Part shown: piece by piece, positions 1-8,705 of the stretch | Position numbering within the stretch: the first letter of the stretch is position 1 | Layout of the letters: every line of letters begins with the position of its first letter | Translations under genes and position numbers: made by a program | Notes under the pieces: model-generated | What the model saw: the letters and a program-made list of their open reading frames with translations, nothing else | The model's database searches: none | What the model was told of the DNA's origin: nothing | DNA from: Gemmatimonadales bacterium | GTDB lineage: Bacteria; Gemmatimonadota; Gemmatimonadetes; Gemmatimonadales; GWC2-71-9 | Direction of reading: 5' to 3' | Assembly: GCA_046757925.1 (NCBI GenBank) | Contig: JBHHZE010000009.1 | Span: 6,095-70,094, forward strand | DNA: 64,000 bases

Positions 1-1
1 G

Positions 2-247
2 GTCGCCATCAAGATTGCGCTGGGTAAGCTGCGAATTCCGGGAGCCTTCGGGCAGGCTGTAGAAGACAGTCAGTTCACCAAGCTACCCGTGGATTTCGAC
101 CACGCGGCCACGGCCGGCTCATTGCCCACCCACCACACCGACCCATTCGACAGAATGCTCATCGCACAAGCTCGGCTGGAAGCTCTCGTGATCGTGACTC
201 ACGACCGCAACTTTGATCCGTACGATGTGCCCATAGTCTGGACATGA
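2..247 (+). CDS. PIN-domain (VapC-like) protein, C-terminal fragment truncated by the window edge
   Basis: Frame 2 is open from the window edge to the TGA at 245-247. The translation ...LPTHHTDPFDRMLIAQARLEALVIVTHDRNFDPYDVPIVWT carries the DPFDRxLxAQA ... T-x-D pattern typical of the C-terminal half of PIN nucleases. Confidence 0.6.
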   Translation, partial: VAIKIALGKLRIPGAFGQAVEDSQFTKLPVDFDHAATAGSLPTHHTDPFDRMLIAQARLEALVIVTHDRNFDPYDVPIVWT

Positions 248-298
248 CCCTTCGGGGCACCCGCCGGGCTCATGCAAAGTTGACACTTGGGAATGGGG

Positions 299-721
299 CT
301 ACAGTTTGAGCAACGCTATGACCGTCCCCAACGTCCCCACCCAAAAGAGGAACATCCAGCGGATCAGCCTGCTCTCGAGGCCCGAAAGCCTACTGTCCAA
401 CTCCGCTTTGATCTCCCCAAGCCGTCGCTCCACCTTGGCCTCGAACTGCACGAGCCGCTGCTCGATCTTGGCCTCGAACTGCGCGAGCCGCTGCTCCAAC
501 TTGGCCTCGAACTGCGCGAGCCGCTGCTCCAACTTGGCCTCGACCTGTACGACCCGTTGCTCCAGCTTCGCATCAAATCGTGCGAAGTTGACCTCGAACA
601 GCTCTCTGAACTCGGAGCGGTACGTTGTGTCCACCTTGTTGAACCAGTCTACCAGTTCATCGGCAATGCCGTGGCCGAGTTTGGCGTAGAACTCCTTGGA
701 AAACTTGGCAGCAATTGGCAT
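299..721 (-). CDS. Coiled-coil protein with 11-residue repeats and a C-terminal transmembrane anchor (DUF1640-like architecture)
   Basis: 140-aa ORF. The central region reads FDAKLEQRVVQ VEAKLEQRLAQ FEAKLEQRLAQ FEAKIEQRLVQ FEAKVERRLGE (hendecad repeats). The C-terminus is hydrophobic (IRWMFLFWVGTLGTVIALLKL). Confidence 0.6.
   Translation of the reverse strand: MPIAAKFSKEFYAKLGHGIADELVDWFNKVDTTYRSEFRELFEVNFARFDAKLEQRVVQVEAKLEQRLAQFEAKLEQRLAQFEAKIEQRLVQFEAKVERRLGEIKAELDSRLSGLESRLIRWMFLFWVGTLGTVIALLKL
434..565. repeat. Four tandem copies of a 33-bp unit inside the coiled-coil CDS; degenerate copies flank it at 401-433 and 566-598
   Basis: The units are 434-466, 467-499, 500-532 and 533-565. 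Units 467-499 and 500-532 are identical (cttggcctcgaactgcgcgagccgctgctccaa). The period of 33 bp equals 11 codons. Confidence 0.9.
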
Positions 722-869
722 TCATTCCTCACAGAAGGTTGTGTTGCTGCCACGGTACAAAGATACGCTCGGCCGGGCGTAACCGAAATAGCGCAGGACG
801 GTACCTAATTCCTGCATTTGTGCCTTTACGAGAACGGCCGAGGACGGTGAAAGACGGTCGAAGACGCCC

Positions 870-2291
870 TCACCGAAAGAAAATCTTGAGATTACGCTCT
901 GGTACCGCTTTAGTAATCCTCGACACCACTACAAAAAGAATCAGACTCGTCGCGACACCCACCTCGACAGCATCAATGCCATGGGACGCAAAGCTCGCCT
1001 GCCCGGTGAACTCCCATATGAGACACGCCAAGAAGCCGCCGAACATGGCCGACACCGCGCCCGCCGCGGTGCCACGCCGCCAGTTCAAGCCGATCACCAC
1101 CGGCACGAAGAAGAAGCTGGCAATGAACTTGGTCTGCTCGACTACGATCGTCTGCACGTCACCGTATTTCTGGAGCGCGAAGTAAACCGGTATCAATGCC
1201 AACAGTACGATGCTGATGCGGTTTGCCGTCACTAGTTCACGTTGGCTGGACTTGGGCCGCACGAACTTGCCGTACAAATCGTGGGCCACCGATGCGCCCG
1301 TTACCAACAGAACCGAGTTGACGGTGGACATTATTGCGCTCACCATCGCCACGATCAGCAACGCACCCACCAACGGCGGCAACACCTCGAACGCCATGAT
1401 CGAGCTTGCCTGGTCAGCCGAGCCAAGGTTCGGGAAGAGAACCCGCGTCAACATGCCGATGAACATCACACTCACTCCAATGATGAACTGAAAACCGATC
1501 GAGATGCCGATGGCCTGCTTGACCGTGCGCTCGTCCCGCATCGAGTAGTACCGAGTCATCTCATACGGCGCCGCGGCAATCGAGAAACCAAAGCTGATGG
1601 CAAACGCGGCCAGCTCCTTGGGGCCGTAATACCAACCCAACAATCTGGCGTCGAGTGACTTCAAGAACTGCATCGACTGGCCCAAGCCACCGGCGTGGCT
1701 CAGCAACACGGGAATCGCTATTGCCAACCCGGCGACCATGATCAGGGTCTGCATGAACTCGATGTACGAACTGCTTCTGACGCCCCCCAGCAAGGTGTAA
1801 AGCGCGGTACTGCCCACCAGAATGAGCATTGCTGTCAGTGGTTTGATACCAAAGATCGCTAGCGCGATCTCGCCACTGGCCTGGAATTGTGCTACGAGGT
1901 AAATCGTGTACGACACCACAATCAGTATCGCCGCAACCACGCGCGCCTTTTCACTCCCGAATCGCGCGGCGATATAGTCGGGTACGGTGAGGGCACCGAA
2001 TCGCCTCAGTTTGGGCGCCACAAAGAAGGCCGACACGAGCCAACCGGACCACACACCGAACCAGATGTACCACCAGGACACGCCCGTCAGGTAATGTCGG
2101 CCGATAGTACCCACCACCGTACCCGCACTCATCTGAGTGGCCGCGAGCACGGCACCGCCCACAAACGGCCCGATCGAACGCCCCGCCGCGATGAAGTCGT
2201 CTTCGGTCTTGGTCTTGAACGAACTCCACACTGCGATGCCCAACACGAGTGTCATGTAGACCACGAGAACGACGCCGAGCGTGAGACCCAT
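870..2291 (-). CDS. Sodium:solute symporter (SSS) family transporter
   Basis: 473 aa and polytopic. The N-terminus ...DDFIAAGRSIGPFVGGAVLAATQMSAGTVVG... and the overall hydrophobic pattern are typical of the SSS family. Confidence 0.85.
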   Translation of the reverse strand: MGLTLGVVLVVYMTLVLGIAVWSSFKTKTEDDFIAAGRSIGPFVGGAVLAATQMSAGTVVGTIGRHYLTGVSWWYIWFGVWSGWLVSAFFVAPKLRRFGALTVPDYIAARFGSEKARVVAAILIVVSYTIYLVAQFQASGEIALAIFGIKPLTAMLILVGSTALYTLLGGVRSSSYIEFMQTLIMVAGLAIAIPVLLSHAGGLGQSMQFLKSLDARLLGWYYGPKELAAFAISFGFSIAAAPYEMTRYYSMRDERTVKQAIGISIGFQFIIGVSVMFIGMLTRVLFPNLGSADQASSIMAFEVLPPLVGALLIVAMVSAIMSTVNSVLLVTGASVAHDLYGKFVRPKSSQRELVTANRISIVLLALIPVYFALQKYGDVQTIVVEQTKFIASFFFVPVVIGLNWRRGTAAGAVSAMFGGFLACLIWEFTGQASFASHGIDAVEVGVATSLILFVVVSRITKAVPERNLKIFFR

Positions 2292-2297
2292 GGGCGT

Positions 2298-2918
2298 CTA
2301 TTGTCCTGACACCGGGCGCAGTGCTCTCACCGCTCGTTGTCGCAACAGCCAGAGGACGGACGACAGCAAGACCAACAGAGCTACCGATGCGTCGGCCAGC
2401 CGGTTGGTGCTCCATTCACCTTCTGCAACGGGCAGTCGCACAACGCTCGGCACGTTCTCCAGCGTTGCCGATACTACACCACTGGGTTCTCGTGTCAGTC
2501 TAGGAAACGCGTCACCTATTGCTGCGTCTGACGGGACTCCGCGCACTCTTATCACAACCGTGCTCCTAGCGGGATCGGTTGGTGCAGCGGGATTGAGTAT
2601 GGGAATCCGTTCGAGGTTGCCCGACACTTCGTACCGCACGCTCACCGTGCGACCGCCCGAACTGGACGGCATAACCGTAAACTCGTAAGCACCGGCCTGG
2701 GCTTGCACCCCGACGATCGTACTGTCCGTGGGCATCCCCTCCAACCGGACGTGCTGGCCCTGCAACTTGATGAGAACGAAACGGATGGGCAGGTTGGAGT
2801 CGACGATCCGGTAGCGGGCCTCGACCACCGCAGACCGTTCGGCCAGCTCGATCGATATATCAGACGATTCGAGCCGGCCTTGAACGACCGCGACCGCGCC
2901 GGCCAGGAGCCAAAGCAC
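2298..2918 (-). CDS. Hypothetical exported protein with an N-terminal signal and a C-terminal TM anchor
   Basis: 206 aa, with a hydrophobic N-terminus (MLWLLAGAVAVVQG), a beta-rich middle and a C-terminal helix (ASVALLVLLSSVLWLL) followed by basic residues. Its start overlaps the stop of the upstream M28 peptidase gene at 2918. Confidence 0.5.
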   Translation of the reverse strand: MLWLLAGAVAVVQGRLESSDISIELAERSAVVEARYRIVDSNLPIRFVLIKLQGQHVRLEGMPTDSTIVGVQAQAGAYEFTVMPSSSGGRTVSVRYEVSGNLERIPILNPAAPTDPARSTVVIRVRGVPSDAAIGDAFPRLTREPSGVVSATLENVPSVVRLPVAEGEWSTNRLADASVALLVLLSSVLWLLRQRAVRALRPVSGQ

Positions 2919-4681
2919 TAGATGTAACGCACCACCATCTGCCGAGCGGTGTAGAGCACGTCGGCCACCTCGTTTATGTAACGCCTGAGTCCTGCCTGTA
3001 AGAACGGGAGCATGTCGGGCGTATTCTTAGAACACGTTTCCAAACGAGTTATTCCCTCGAGCTTGGGGACCGTCCCCAGCGATAGAGCGGGATCGTGCTG
3101 GAAACGTGAACCGCGCGCATAGTTGAGTGGGACCAATAGCCGGGCCAGTTCTTTCAGTAGCTCATTCACGGAGTCGCGTTCAGAATCAGACAGATCTGAG
3201 TCGATTGTTCTGTAGAGATCGTCCAGCGTGCCCTGAAGGCCGATGAGTTCTTCCTTTATGCTGGAGAGATCTACCAAGCCCTTAGCTTGCCGTTCGTAAT
3301 CTCCTATCGCATCGGCGAGTTCGCGAACGGCGTTCCGGTAGTCAAAGGGCAGCACCCCGGCGTTCAGAACGCGCGCGATCGCCGTCACGTAAACCGACAA
3401 GTCCTGTTCCAGATACCGGCGATCGGCGACATCGAGCTGGTCGTCTTCAGTGTGCCACGCGATGTTGCCGCCGCAACCTCCCACCGGATAGAATCCCAAC
3501 TCGTCCCGTGTCTCTTGGGGGATGTTGGACAACAGCATGAAAAACGAAGTGAGACCCACCTGATTGAACGAGTAATCACCCGCGCGAATGGGCCGCCTCC
3601 GTCCCGCATCCAACCCCGTGCGATCTTTTATGGCACCGAGGCACAGCTCGTTGGCCTCGGCCATCCACATTACGTCTTCGTACGCACTCGCTTTCCAACA
3701 ACCGGGCGAATCGATGTTGACGGTAGCCACGCAGCGCTTACGCAGCTCGAGTCCGAACTCGTCGGCGTACCACGTCGATCCGGCATAGCGCCCCATCGAG
3801 TGTCCCGGCCACCACGCTACCTTGAGGGTGCGACGCAATCCTTCCCGATGCGCGTGAAAGATCCGTGCCAACTCCAACAGCGTAGCGTCACCCACCGCGT
3901 TGTCACCTATCCCCACGTCCCAACTGTCGTAGTGCCCGTGCACCAAGAGAAAGTCGTCCGACTCGCCACGAATGGTGGCCACCGGGATCTTACACTTATA
4001 CCATCCTTCCTCGAGCGACACCCGCAGCGTGAGATCCCGGTTGCCGTCCGACAACAGCGCCTTGAGTTCCTCGCCATCGGCCTGGTTCACCGCCACCACG
4101 GGGGTCTCGGGTTTCTGATCCAGGTTCTCATCGGTCGGCATCCCCCAGATGGGAGTGCAAATCCCCCAGTGGATGTTCTTGCCGGGATTGACATAGATTT
4201 GCCCCACTGCACCGGCACGCTCGAATCGCTGAACCGAACCGGGCATGGCATATCCGTCCGTGACGACGATCTTGCCGCGGGCAGCCTCGTCCGTGCTGTC
4301 TTGCCGCGTTTCAAACAGTTCGTCGATATCCTCTATGGCTGGTGTGCCCAGGTAAACAGCCTCCGCCGTGAACCCACCCGAATCTGTGGGTACCGCGAAG
4401 GCGGGTGGCTTGGCCCGATATTCTTTAGCATGAGCCCCTGGTACAACTACCGACGACTTGCGCGGAAGTGACAAGTACAGTTCAGGCTCGTACACGACGT
4501 ACTCGACACCCAATCGCTTCAATTGGTCGACTATGTACTGCGCCGCAGCGTGTTCGTCGGGCATACCCGACTCGCGCTTCAGCTCGGCAAATCGTTCTAT
4601 TAACTGCCAGCCGAGATCGACAGAAACATCAGCTAGTAGATCGGATTCCAGTTTCACTATCGGACTGCCTGTAGCGGTCAT
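2918..4681 (-). CDS. M28-family metallopeptidase with a PA-like insert
   Basis: 587 aa. HGHYDSWDVGIGDNAVGDATLLELARIF matches the M28 zinc-ligand region (H-x-D ... D-N-x-x-G). Confidence 0.8.
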   Translation of the reverse strand: MTATGSPIVKLESDLLADVSVDLGWQLIERFAELKRESGMPDEHAAAQYIVDQLKRLGVEYVVYEPELYLSLPRKSSVVVPGAHAKEYRAKPPAFAVPTDSGGFTAEAVYLGTPAIEDIDELFETRQDSTDEAARGKIVVTDGYAMPGSVQRFERAGAVGQIYVNPGKNIHWGICTPIWGMPTDENLDQKPETPVVAVNQADGEELKALLSDGNRDLTLRVSLEEGWYKCKIPVATIRGESDDFLLVHGHYDSWDVGIGDNAVGDATLLELARIFHAHREGLRRTLKVAWWPGHSMGRYAGSTWYADEFGLELRKRCVATVNIDSPGCWKASAYEDVMWMAEANELCLGAIKDRTGLDAGRRRPIRAGDYSFNQVGLTSFFMLLSNIPQETRDELGFYPVGGCGGNIAWHTEDDQLDVADRRYLEQDLSVYVTAIARVLNAGVLPFDYRNAVRELADAIGDYERQAKGLVDLSSIKEELIGLQGTLDDLYRTIDSDLSDSERDSVNELLKELARLLVPLNYARGSRFQHDPALSLGTVPKLEGITRLETCSKNTPDMLPFLQAGLRRYINEVADVLYTARQMVVRYI

Positions 4682-4866
4682 GCTCGCCTCTCACAGTTAT
4701 GGACCATGATGCCTACCAATCTTCCCGTCGCGGCACCGTTGGGCAAGTGGTATCCGGCAGCTATCCGGTTCGAGCTTTGCAGGATCATGAGCACGGCGTA
4801 TAGATTACCCTTCATGCACCGGCCGATTCACACTTCTTTCCGTGCGTCACTCAAAGCTAGATACTC

Positions 4867-7152
4867 ATGACCGATCGACGCCGTTTTCTCTCGGCATTGA
4901 GCGCTCTTGGCGCTGCCGCATTGACGTCGGCCCATCGTACACTGGCGTCCGATACTCCCCGAGTCGATGCCACGACCACGATATTTTTTGCGCAGCCCTA
5001 TGGTTCCAAGAACCTCGTGCGCTTTCAGATCCACAACATCGACGCCCCGGCCGGCCGGCTCCGGGTTTACAATGGAAGTCGCAAGCTGCTGGGCACCGCC
5101 GGCGTTCTTCGCAAGAGCGAAGCGCTGTACGGTGAACTCTGGCTCCGGGTCGACAAGCCTACCAATGTCATATCAGAACTCGAAGCTCCGGGACTGAGAG
5201 CGCCTCTTCGGACAACGCATCGCTTGGTTCCCCATCGCAGATGGACACTCAATCTTCTCGTGGCGGTGGATGCCGTCTCACTGACGCGTGAGTTCGAGCA
5301 GCTTCCGCCGGTCCACCAAGCCGTACAGGCAATCAGATATCGCAAGGCCCATGTGCGGGTGAATCCATTCCCCACTTCAGTCGATCTCGATCACCTGGAT
5401 CACGTTCCATTCCTGAGAATGGCGGTTCCTGCAATGGAAATCGAGCGACGGTACGGCATCCCCGTGAGTACCGTGACGATCGTGCAGGATCGATCTGACA
5501 TATCGACAACGAGTGCGATGGCGCTGGTGGGGTCCGGCGTTCGAATCGTGGCGCTGGTACAAGCTGGAGGTGACCCGTCGCAGGTCTGGGAGGTGACCGG
5601 TGGAGGCAAGCTCCTCGTTGTGACCGTGCCCGCAGGAGGAACGCCGAGTGATTTGCGATTCGGAGTGTCATACGATGAAATGAGAAGTTCAGTAGAGCGA
5701 TGGCTCACCACCTCGCCGCTCTTTCTCTCGCCCGCGTACGGAGCGGACATAGCCTACGTTTTGGCAACGACTCCAGAGGAAGCATTTGGACAGATACCGG
5801 GAGCCGTTACCGAATGGAACGCTCGAGTTGCATATCCCAAGATAGTAATCGGCGACACTGCGGCGCTTACCGAGCGTGCCGAACGTCGAGTTGCCGCTGT
5901 ACCGGTGCCCAAACACCGAAATGGTACTGCGAGAGATTTCGACGCTACAGAGCTCAAGTCGATTGCAAATCTCAGAGCCCGAGCTCAGGTGGACCTCGTC
6001 GAAGCGACGATGACGGCAGTGGGTGGAGTTGGTAACATCGCATCGCGGATCCAAACGATGGTTCCCGGTACCGTGGTGTTCAACCCGGCACCGTATACGC
6101 GGTCGGGCCTGGTTCGCATGACCGACGGAACCGATCGGATTGCGACCGACGTACCGGGGCTCGGATATGCGTACTTCATGGACACCGCCGAGGACAAGAG
6201 CCGTTGGAAAAACCAGAATCCAACAAGCTGGCTAGAGGGGAAAACCCTGGCGCTCAGGATCGACGCGAGTACCGGTGCGATCGCCTCCTTGATAAACAAA
6301 GTCGACGGGCGGGAGTTGGTGCGACAGGACTCAATCGGTTTGAACGCGATGGAGGCGTCTCGGCTCGAGCGAATGTCTTACGTGCGACTGCCCGGTGCCG
6401 CCGCGCGCATTGAACTCCACCGTTGGTCGCCCTTGCATGGCTCTCTCACGACGACTATTACGCTGTACGATGACCTACCGTGGCTCGATCTCGCCAACGA
6501 CGCCAAGGGATCGGGATCGCACCAGCTGCAATATCACTTCGCGTTTGCGCTCAGAGATCCCCGCGTCGCGTGGGAGATTCCAGCAGGCTCGGATGACGGG
6601 GCGGCGCCGGTAGATCGATTCGAACACCTGCGGTGGATAAGTTTGTTGGACGACGTGACACACTTGTTGTTCCGGGGACTGACGGCACCTATCGCGTCTG
6701 TCTCCTCAGAGGGGACACTAACGAGCCACGCGACAATCGGACTCTCACGTTACCGGATATTGGTGGCCACACCCTACTCTCCTGCTGACACTCCGTGGGT
6801 GTTCGGCTGGGAAGCGGAACCGTTCATGACGGCACGCGTTCTAGAGAATAGGGCTGGGGAACTCCCCACGTTCGGGGCGTTTTTCTCGGTAGATCAAAAC
6901 GGCGCCGCCGTCTTGGGGCTCAAGCCGGCCGATGACGGCGATGGTGTGATACTCTTCATCCAGGAACTCTTGGGCGTCGACCGCGAGATCGCACTTGGAC
7001 AAGGGATTCTCAGGTTCCGCTCGATCCGGACGGTCGACTACCTGGAGCGAGGCCTGAAAGAGCTGGAACCACCACGTGACGGGGTAGCACGAGTGCCGGT
7101 TCCTGCAAACGCCGTGGTAGCGGTGCGGCTCACTGGAGTGGAACAACGGTGA
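4867..7152 (+). CDS. Tat-exported GH38-related protein (glycosyl-hydrolase-related; catalytic competence doubtful)
   Basis: The N-terminus MTDRRRFLSALSALGAAALTSA is a twin-arginine signal. The C-terminal half (VVFNPAPYTRSGLV..., LRIDASTGAIASLINKVDGRELV, LPWLDLANDAKGSGSHQLQYHFAFAL...AWEIPAG) resembles GH38 central and C-terminal domains. I could not find the N-terminal HxHxD-type metal motif. Confidence 0.45.
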   Translation: MTDRRRFLSALSALGAAALTSAHRTLASDTPRVDATTTIFFAQPYGSKNLVRFQIHNIDAPAGRLRVYNGSRKLLGTAGVLRKSEALYGELWLRVDKPTNVISELEAPGLRAPLRTTHRLVPHRRWTLNLLVAVDAVSLTREFEQLPPVHQAVQAIRYRKAHVRVNPFPTSVDLDHLDHVPFLRMAVPAMEIERRYGIPVSTVTIVQDRSDISTTSAMALVGSGVRIVALVQAGGDPSQVWEVTGGGKLLVVTVPAGGTPSDLRFGVSYDEMRSSVERWLTTSPLFLSPAYGADIAYVLATTPEEAFGQIPGAVTEWNARVAYPKIVIGDTAALTERAERRVAAVPVPKHRNGTARDFDATELKSIANLRARAQVDLVEATMTAVGGVGNIASRIQTMVPGTVVFNPAPYTRSGLVRMTDGTDRIATDVPGLGYAYFMDTAEDKSRWKNQNPTSWLEGKTLALRIDASTGAIASLINKVDGRELVRQDSIGLNAMEASRLERMSYVRLPGAAARIELHRWSPLHGSLTTTITLYDDLPWLDLANDAKGSGSHQLQYHFAFALRDPRVAWEIPAGSDDGAAPVDRFEHLRWISLLDDVTHLLFRGLTAPIASVSSEGTLTSHATIGLSRYRILVATPYSPADTPWVFGWEAEPFMTARVLENRAGELPTFGAFFSVDQNGAAVLGLKPADDGDGVILFIQELLGVDREIALGQGILRFRSIRTVDYLERGLKELEPPRDGVARVPVPANAVVAVRLTGVEQR

Positions 7153-7226
7153 TGCAGATGGGATAGATTGTGTATGGGGAACACCAATCCTTCCCCAGTC
7201 ATGAACTTAGGGACATACTTGGAGAC

Positions 7227-8696
7227 ATGGATTCGAGACCGCAGACATTAGGAGCCCTCAAACAAACCGAATGGGGCGATCCAACACGCTCCACTCGGTC
7301 CGTCAAGGACGAAATGCGTGCCAACCTCATCTGCATGCTGGAGGAGGGACACGAAGTTTTCCCAGGCATAGTGGGTTATGAGGAAACGGCCATTCCACAG
7401 ATCATCAATGCGGTCCTTGCCAGGCACAATTTTATTTTGCTCGGCCTTCGAGGGCAGGCCAAGAGCCGGATGCTGCGTGCGTTGATGAATCTCTTGGATC
7501 CCGAACTGCCAATAGTCGCCGGAAGCGAAGTAAACGACAATCCCTTCAAGCCGCTTTCGAAGTATGGCAGGCAGCTACTCGAAGAGCATGGTGACAACAC
7601 ACCCATCGAATGGATATCGCGGGACGCGCGTTACGTTGAGAAACTGGCAACGCCGGACGTAACGGTGGCCGACATCGTCGGAGATGTAGATCCTATCAAG
7701 GCGGCCCGGGGCGGTCATATTCTGTCCGATGAGTTGACCATCCATTTCGGTCTTCTGCCCCGCAGCAACCGCGGCATCTTCGCGATCAACGAGTTACCCG
7801 ACCTTGCCGGTAAGATTCAAGTGGCGCTGTTCAACATCATGCAGGAAGGTGATGTCCAAATCAAAGGCTATCCGGTACGCCTACCGCTCGACGTGCTGCT
7901 GGTCTTCTCGGCGAACCCCGAGGACTATACCGCTCGCGGAAAGATCATCACACCACTAAAAGATCGGATCGGTAGCGAAGTTCACACGCATTACCCCGCT
8001 GCCCTGGAACATGGGATGGCAATCACCCGTCAGGAGGCATGGCTCGCGCGGAACGGACGGCCGCTTCATGTGCCCGAGTTCATTGAGGAAATGATCGAAC
8101 GGATCGCCTTTGAGGCGCGCATAGACAAGCGCGTCGACCGTCGCTCGGGAGTGAGTCAACGCCTGCCGATCAGCGTGCTGGAGAATGTCGTATCGAACGC
8201 CGAACAGCGTGCAATTAAGGCGAAGGAACGGCGTGTCGTACCACGAGTGTCCGATGTCTACGCGGCGCTCCCGGCCATCACCGGCAAACTAGAGTTGGAG
8301 TACGAGGGTGAGATGCAGGGAGCCGATACAGTAGCCGCCGATATCATCGGCCGAGCTGCAGGCAGCACGTTTGACGCGCGTGCCGGCGGCGTCGACTGCG
8401 ATGCCATAGTCGACTGGTTCGACACCGGCGGCGCGCTCAAGGTCTCACCGAACGAACGCTCCGACATATGCATCCAAGGTTTTTCGGCAGTCAACGGCCT
8501 GTTGGACGTTGTAAACAATGCCGGTCTCGCCCCGATGAAGGATCCGGCTACGGTGGTGGCCGCTTGTGAACTCGTTCTCGAAGGCTTGGTTGCCCACAAG
8601 CGCATCAGCCGCAGTGAAGAGTTGGGTTACCAGCGCAACCAGCAAAGGCAGTCCCCGCCGTTCGGCCACGGGGGCAGCATTACGCTGGGCGGCTGA
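7227..8696 (+). CDS. BchI/ChlI-like AAA+ ATPase, partner of the downstream VWA protein
   Basis: Walker A-like LGLRGQAKSR, Walker B-like GIFAINELPDL, and a sensor region ...LLVFSANPEDY. The ORF is open from 7170 (GTG), but the ATG at 7227 (MDSRPQTLGALK) looks like a more typical start. It has no GAFTGA loop and no HTH, so it is not a true sigma-54 activator. Confidence 0.7.
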   Translation: MDSRPQTLGALKQTEWGDPTRSTRSVKDEMRANLICMLEEGHEVFPGIVGYEETAIPQIINAVLARHNFILLGLRGQAKSRMLRALMNLLDPELPIVAGSEVNDNPFKPLSKYGRQLLEEHGDNTPIEWISRDARYVEKLATPDVTVADIVGDVDPIKAARGGHILSDELTIHFGLLPRSNRGIFAINELPDLAGKIQVALFNIMQEGDVQIKGYPVRLPLDVLLVFSANPEDYTARGKIITPLKDRIGSEVHTHYPAALEHGMAITRQEAWLARNGRPLHVPEFIEEMIERIAFEARIDKRVDRRSGVSQRLPISVLENVVSNAEQRAIKAKERRVVPRVSDVYAALPAITGKLELEYEGEMQGADTVAADIIGRAAGSTFDARAGGVDCDAIVDWFDTGGALKVSPNERSDICIQGFSAVNGLLDVVNNAGLAPMKDPATVVAACELVLEGLVAHKRISRSEELGYQRNQQRQSPPFGHGGSITLGG

Positions 8697-8705
8697 GGTA
8701 ATCGC

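Noticed and set aside
2-721. The PIN-domain gene and the coiled-coil gene as a toxin-antitoxin pair.
   Set aside because: They are on opposite strands and convergent. The coiled-coil protein is membrane-anchored and has no DNA-binding antitoxin features. The cognate antitoxin, if any, would lie upstream of the window.
287-808. Plus-strand ORFs (287-808, 306-689) and a second minus-strand frame (364-576) across the repeat region.
   Set aside because: They are alternative-frame or antisense readings of the 33-bp repeat. Only the minus-strand 299-721 frame gives a coherent amphipathic hendecad repeat plus a TM anchor. The others give low-complexity Ser/Arg/Leu strings.
7170-8696. The AAA+ ATPase as the sigma-54 enhancer-binding protein for the pilin promoter at 37107.
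   Set aside because: It has no GAFTGA loop, no C-terminal HTH and no receiver or GAF input domain. Its motifs are BchI/ChlI-like and it is paired with a VWA protein. The common sigma-54-interacting annotation for this family is a label artefact.
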